A stretch of 64,000 nucleotides of DNA, taken from positions 99,194 to 163,193 of the forward strand of contig CAWGWM010000003.1 in NCBI GenBank assembly GCA_963826245.1, written 5' to 3'. The translations under genes and the position numbers were made by a program. The stretch comes from an uncultured Thermoleophilia bacterium (GTDB lineage: Bacteria; Actinomycetota; Thermoleophilia; Gaiellales; Gaiellaceae). Of the stretch, positions 61,444 through 64,000 are shown piece after piece; within the stretch, counting starts at the first letter, position 1, and each line of letters starts with the position of its first letter. The notes below the pieces were generated by a model. It made no database searches, had not been told where the DNA came from, and saw only the letters and a list, made by a program, of their open reading frames with translations.

Positions 61444-62603
61444 TACCGCGACCTCGGGAGGCCGAGCACCCGCTCGGCGATGATGTTGCGGAGGATCTCC
61501 GACGTTCCCGCCTCGATCGTGTTGCCGCGGCTGCGGAGCTGCGCGTACTGCCAGTAGCCACCGTACGGCGCGTTTTCGGCGAGAAGCTGGGCGTCGGGAC
61601 CGAGGAGCTCGAGCGCGAGCTTCGTGACTCGCTGTGCCGCCTCGGACCACTGCTGCTTCAGGATCGAGCCCTCGGGGCCGGGAACGCCGGTCTTCATCAG
61701 AGCCGACAGCGATCGGTACGCCGTGTAGCGGAGGCCCTGCAGCTCGATCCACTCGCGGGCGATCGCGTCGCGCTGTAGCGGTGTCGCGCCGCGGTCACGC
61801 GCGAGCTCGATCAGCTTTCCCACCATCACCTCGAGTGCCGCGGTCAACGCGAAGCCGAGCGTGCCGCGCTCGTGGAGGAGCGTCGTCATCGCGACCTGCC
61901 AGCCGCCGCCGATCTCGCCGATCACGTTCTCGACGGGCACCTCGACGCCGGTGAAGAAGATCTCGTTGAACTCCGCCTCACCCGTGATCTGGCGAAGTGG
62001 CCGCACCTCGACGCCGGGCGACTTCATGTCGACGATGAGGTACGTCAACCCCGCATGCCGCTGCGAGTCGGGGTCGCTGCGCGTGACGAGAATGCACCAG
62101 TCCGCGATGTGGGCGTACGACGACCACACCTTCTGCCCGTCGACGACGAAGTGGGGTCCCTCGAGCCGGGCGCTCGTGCGTACGGCGGAGAGGTCGGACC
62201 CGGCATCGGGCTCGGAGAAGCCCTGGCACCAGATCTCCTCCGCCGAGAGGATGCGCTTCAGGTGGCGCGCTTTCTGCTCCTCGCTCCCGAGGGCGATGAT
62301 CGTCGGGCCGGCCATACCGAGCCCGATCACGCCGAGATGGGGTGGTGCCTCGGCCCGCGCCGTCTCCTCGAGGAAGATCGCCTGGTAGCTGTAGGGCTTG
62401 CCGCCGCCTCCGTACTCCCTCGGCCACGTGAGGCCGATGTAGCCCGCGTCGTAGAGGGCGCGGCTCCAGTCGCGGATCGAGCTGTCCGAGTAGCGTTCCT
62501 CACCGCCACGGTGGCCACGCAGGTCGGACGGTACGTTCGCCTCGAGCCAGGCGCCGAGCTCCGCGCGGAAGGCCGCCTCGTCCGGAGTATCGCGGAGGTT
62601 CAT
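61443..62603 (-). CDS. Acyl-CoA dehydrogenase-family protein (probable alpha subunit)
   Basis: WCQGFSEPDAGSDL, GQKVWSS, FNEIFF, TTLLHER and NTIEAGTSEILRNIIAERVLGLP. Confidence 0.92.
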   Translation of the reverse strand: MNLRDTPDEAAFRAELGAWLEANVPSDLRGHRGGEERYSDSSIRDWSRALYDAGYIGLTWPREYGGGGKPYSYQAIFLEETARAEAPPHLGVIGLGMAGPTIIALGSEEQKARHLKRILSAEEIWCQGFSEPDAGSDLSAVRTSARLEGPHFVVDGQKVWSSYAHIADWCILVTRSDPDSQRHAGLTYLIVDMKSPGVEVRPLRQITGEAEFNEIFFTGVEVPVENVIGEIGGGWQVAMTTLLHERGTLGFALTAALEVMVGKLIELARDRGATPLQRDAIAREWIELQGLRYTAYRSLSALMKTGVPGPEGSILKQQWSEAAQRVTKLALELLGPDAQLLAENAPYGGYWQYAQLRSRGNTIEAGTSEILRNIIAERVLGLPRSR

Positions 62604-62733
62604 TGCAGGTGATCCTAGAGGGTTCCTGCCCGACAGACCAACGCACCTGCGCTTAACCGTCCGTTCACTCTGGCCGTGGGCGGTCTGTCTAGGCTGACTC
62701 GAAGGCCCGAAGCCATCGCAAAGGAGGAGCCCG

Positions 62734-63750
62734 ATGTCTACCCCCGAGATCCCCCCGGCCTCTGTGTCCGCCGACCAGCGTGGCCAGCTGGAAGAGGCCC
62801 TCGTCGAGATCAAGCGGGTGATCGCAGGGCAGGACGAGATGCTGGAGCGCGTCCTCGTGTGCCTCGTCGCGGGAGGGCACCTCCTGATCGAAGGCGTGCC
62901 GGGCCTCGCCAAGACGCTCACGATCAAGACCACCGCCGCCGTCCTCGGCGGCAGCTTCCGGCGCGTCCAGTTCACGCCCGACCTCGTGCCCAGCGATCTC
63001 GTCGGGACGAGGATCTACCGGCCGGATTCGGGCAGCTTCGACACCGAAGAAGGCCCGGTGTTCTGCAACTTCCTCCTCGCAGACGAGATCAACCGCGCTC
63101 CCGCAAAAGTCCAGTCGGCGTTGCTCGAGGTGATGCAGGAGCGGCAGGTGACGATCGGCCACGACACGCTCCTCGTTCCCGATCCGTTCCTCGTCATGGC
63201 GACGCAGAACCCGATCGAGTCCGAGGGAACCTACCCCCTGCCCGAGGCGCAGGTCGACCGCTTCATGCTCAAGGTCATCGTCGGGTACCCGAGCCGTGAC
63301 GAAGAGCTGACGGTCGTGCAACGGTCGCTCGTCGACCCCGTCGCGGTCCGACAGGTGCTCGAGATCGTGGCGTTGAAGCAGCTGCAGCGCGCGGTGCTCG
63401 AGGTCTACGTCGACCCGTCGATCGTCGCCTACGCCGTGTCGCTCGCCGAGGCCACGCGCGACCCGGCCGCCTTCGGGCTGCCCGAGATCGCAGGGCTCGT
63501 CGAGTACGGTGCGAGCCCTCGCGGGCCGATCTCGCTCGTGCAGAGCGCCCGCGCGCTCGCTCTGATTCACGGCCGGGACTACGTCCTCGGCACCGACGTC
63601 CGCTCGCTGGCACGGGACGCGCTTCGGCATCGCCTCGTGCTGACGTACCGTGCGCTCGCCGAGCAGCGGACGGCGGACGACGTGCTCGAAGCCGTTCTCG
63701 AGGCGGTCGCGGCGCCGCCGCTCGAGCTCGGGCGGCCGGTCGCCGCGTGA
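62734..63750 (+). CDS. moxR: MoxR-family AAA+ ATPase
   Basis: GVPGLAKT, RVQFTPDLVPSD, LADEINRAPAKVQSALLE, ATQNPIE and GASPR. Confidence 0.95.
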   Translation: MSTPEIPPASVSADQRGQLEEALVEIKRVIAGQDEMLERVLVCLVAGGHLLIEGVPGLAKTLTIKTTAAVLGGSFRRVQFTPDLVPSDLVGTRIYRPDSGSFDTEEGPVFCNFLLADEINRAPAKVQSALLEVMQERQVTIGHDTLLVPDPFLVMATQNPIESEGTYPLPEAQVDRFMLKVIVGYPSRDEELTVVQRSLVDPVAVRQVLEIVALKQLQRAVLEVYVDPSIVAYAVSLAEATRDPAAFGLPEIAGLVEYGASPRGPISLVQSARALALIHGRDYVLGTDVRSLARDALRHRLVLTYRALAEQRTADDVLEAVLEAVAAPPLELGRPVAA

Positions 63751-64000
63751 GCCCACTGCGGGCATTCGGAGTCGTCGAGACGCCGGAGCGCCCCGGCCCC
63801 GGGCCGATGCCGGAGCCGCTGCTTCGGGCGCTCGAGCTCTCCATCGGCCGTCGCGTCGACGGCCTCCTGGCCGGTGATCATCGCTCGAGCCTGCTCGGGC
63901 GCGGGAGCGAGCTCGCGCAGGTGCGGCCCTACGTTCCCGGCGACGACGTGCGCCTGATCGACTGGAACGTGACCGCGCGGACCCGTGAGCCGCACATCCG
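63747..64000 (+). CDS. DUF58 domain protein, partial (3' end outside the window)
   Basis: Not in the ORF track. GTG overlaps the moxR stop and gives ...GDHRSSLLGRGSELAQVRPYVPGDDVRLIDWNVTART... Confidence 0.9.
   Translation, partial: MSPLRAFGVVETPERPGPGPMPEPLLRALELSIGRRVDGLLAGDHRSSLLGRGSELAQVRPYVPGDDVRLIDWNVTARTREPHI

Overview
A very GC-rich (about 70% by eye) actinobacterial chromosome segment. Gene style and content suggest Thermoleophilia/Gaiellales, which is an inference. I found no CRISPR array, rRNA, tRNA, transposase or phage genes. Most of the window is housekeeping and metabolic: aceE, rsgA, a polyamine uptake/catabolism cluster, a beta-oxidation-type acyl-CoA cluster, several ABC transporters, malic enzyme, oligoendopeptidase and the start of a MoxR/DUF58 operon. 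The most notable region is 8.6-12.5 kb. There a PspC/LiaF - PspC-histidine kinase - NarL-type response regulator cluster is flanked by two probable selenoprotein genes that the ORF track missed or truncated. One is a SelL/PRXL2-like thioredoxin-fold protein (RHPG-U-NVC) and the other a SelW/Rdx protein (YCVP-U). Each has an in-frame UGA followed by a bacterial SECIS-like hairpin. Between them is a promoter-driven, highly structured ~134-nt candidate ncRNA. Other signals are a leader-peptide attenuator upstream of rsgA, a probable NrtR operator between nrtR and a BMP lipoprotein gene, and many apparently leaderless genes. A patch of deletion-scarred genes occupies 1.5-8.6 kb. About eight single-base frameshifts in conserved genes probably reflect long-read consensus error.
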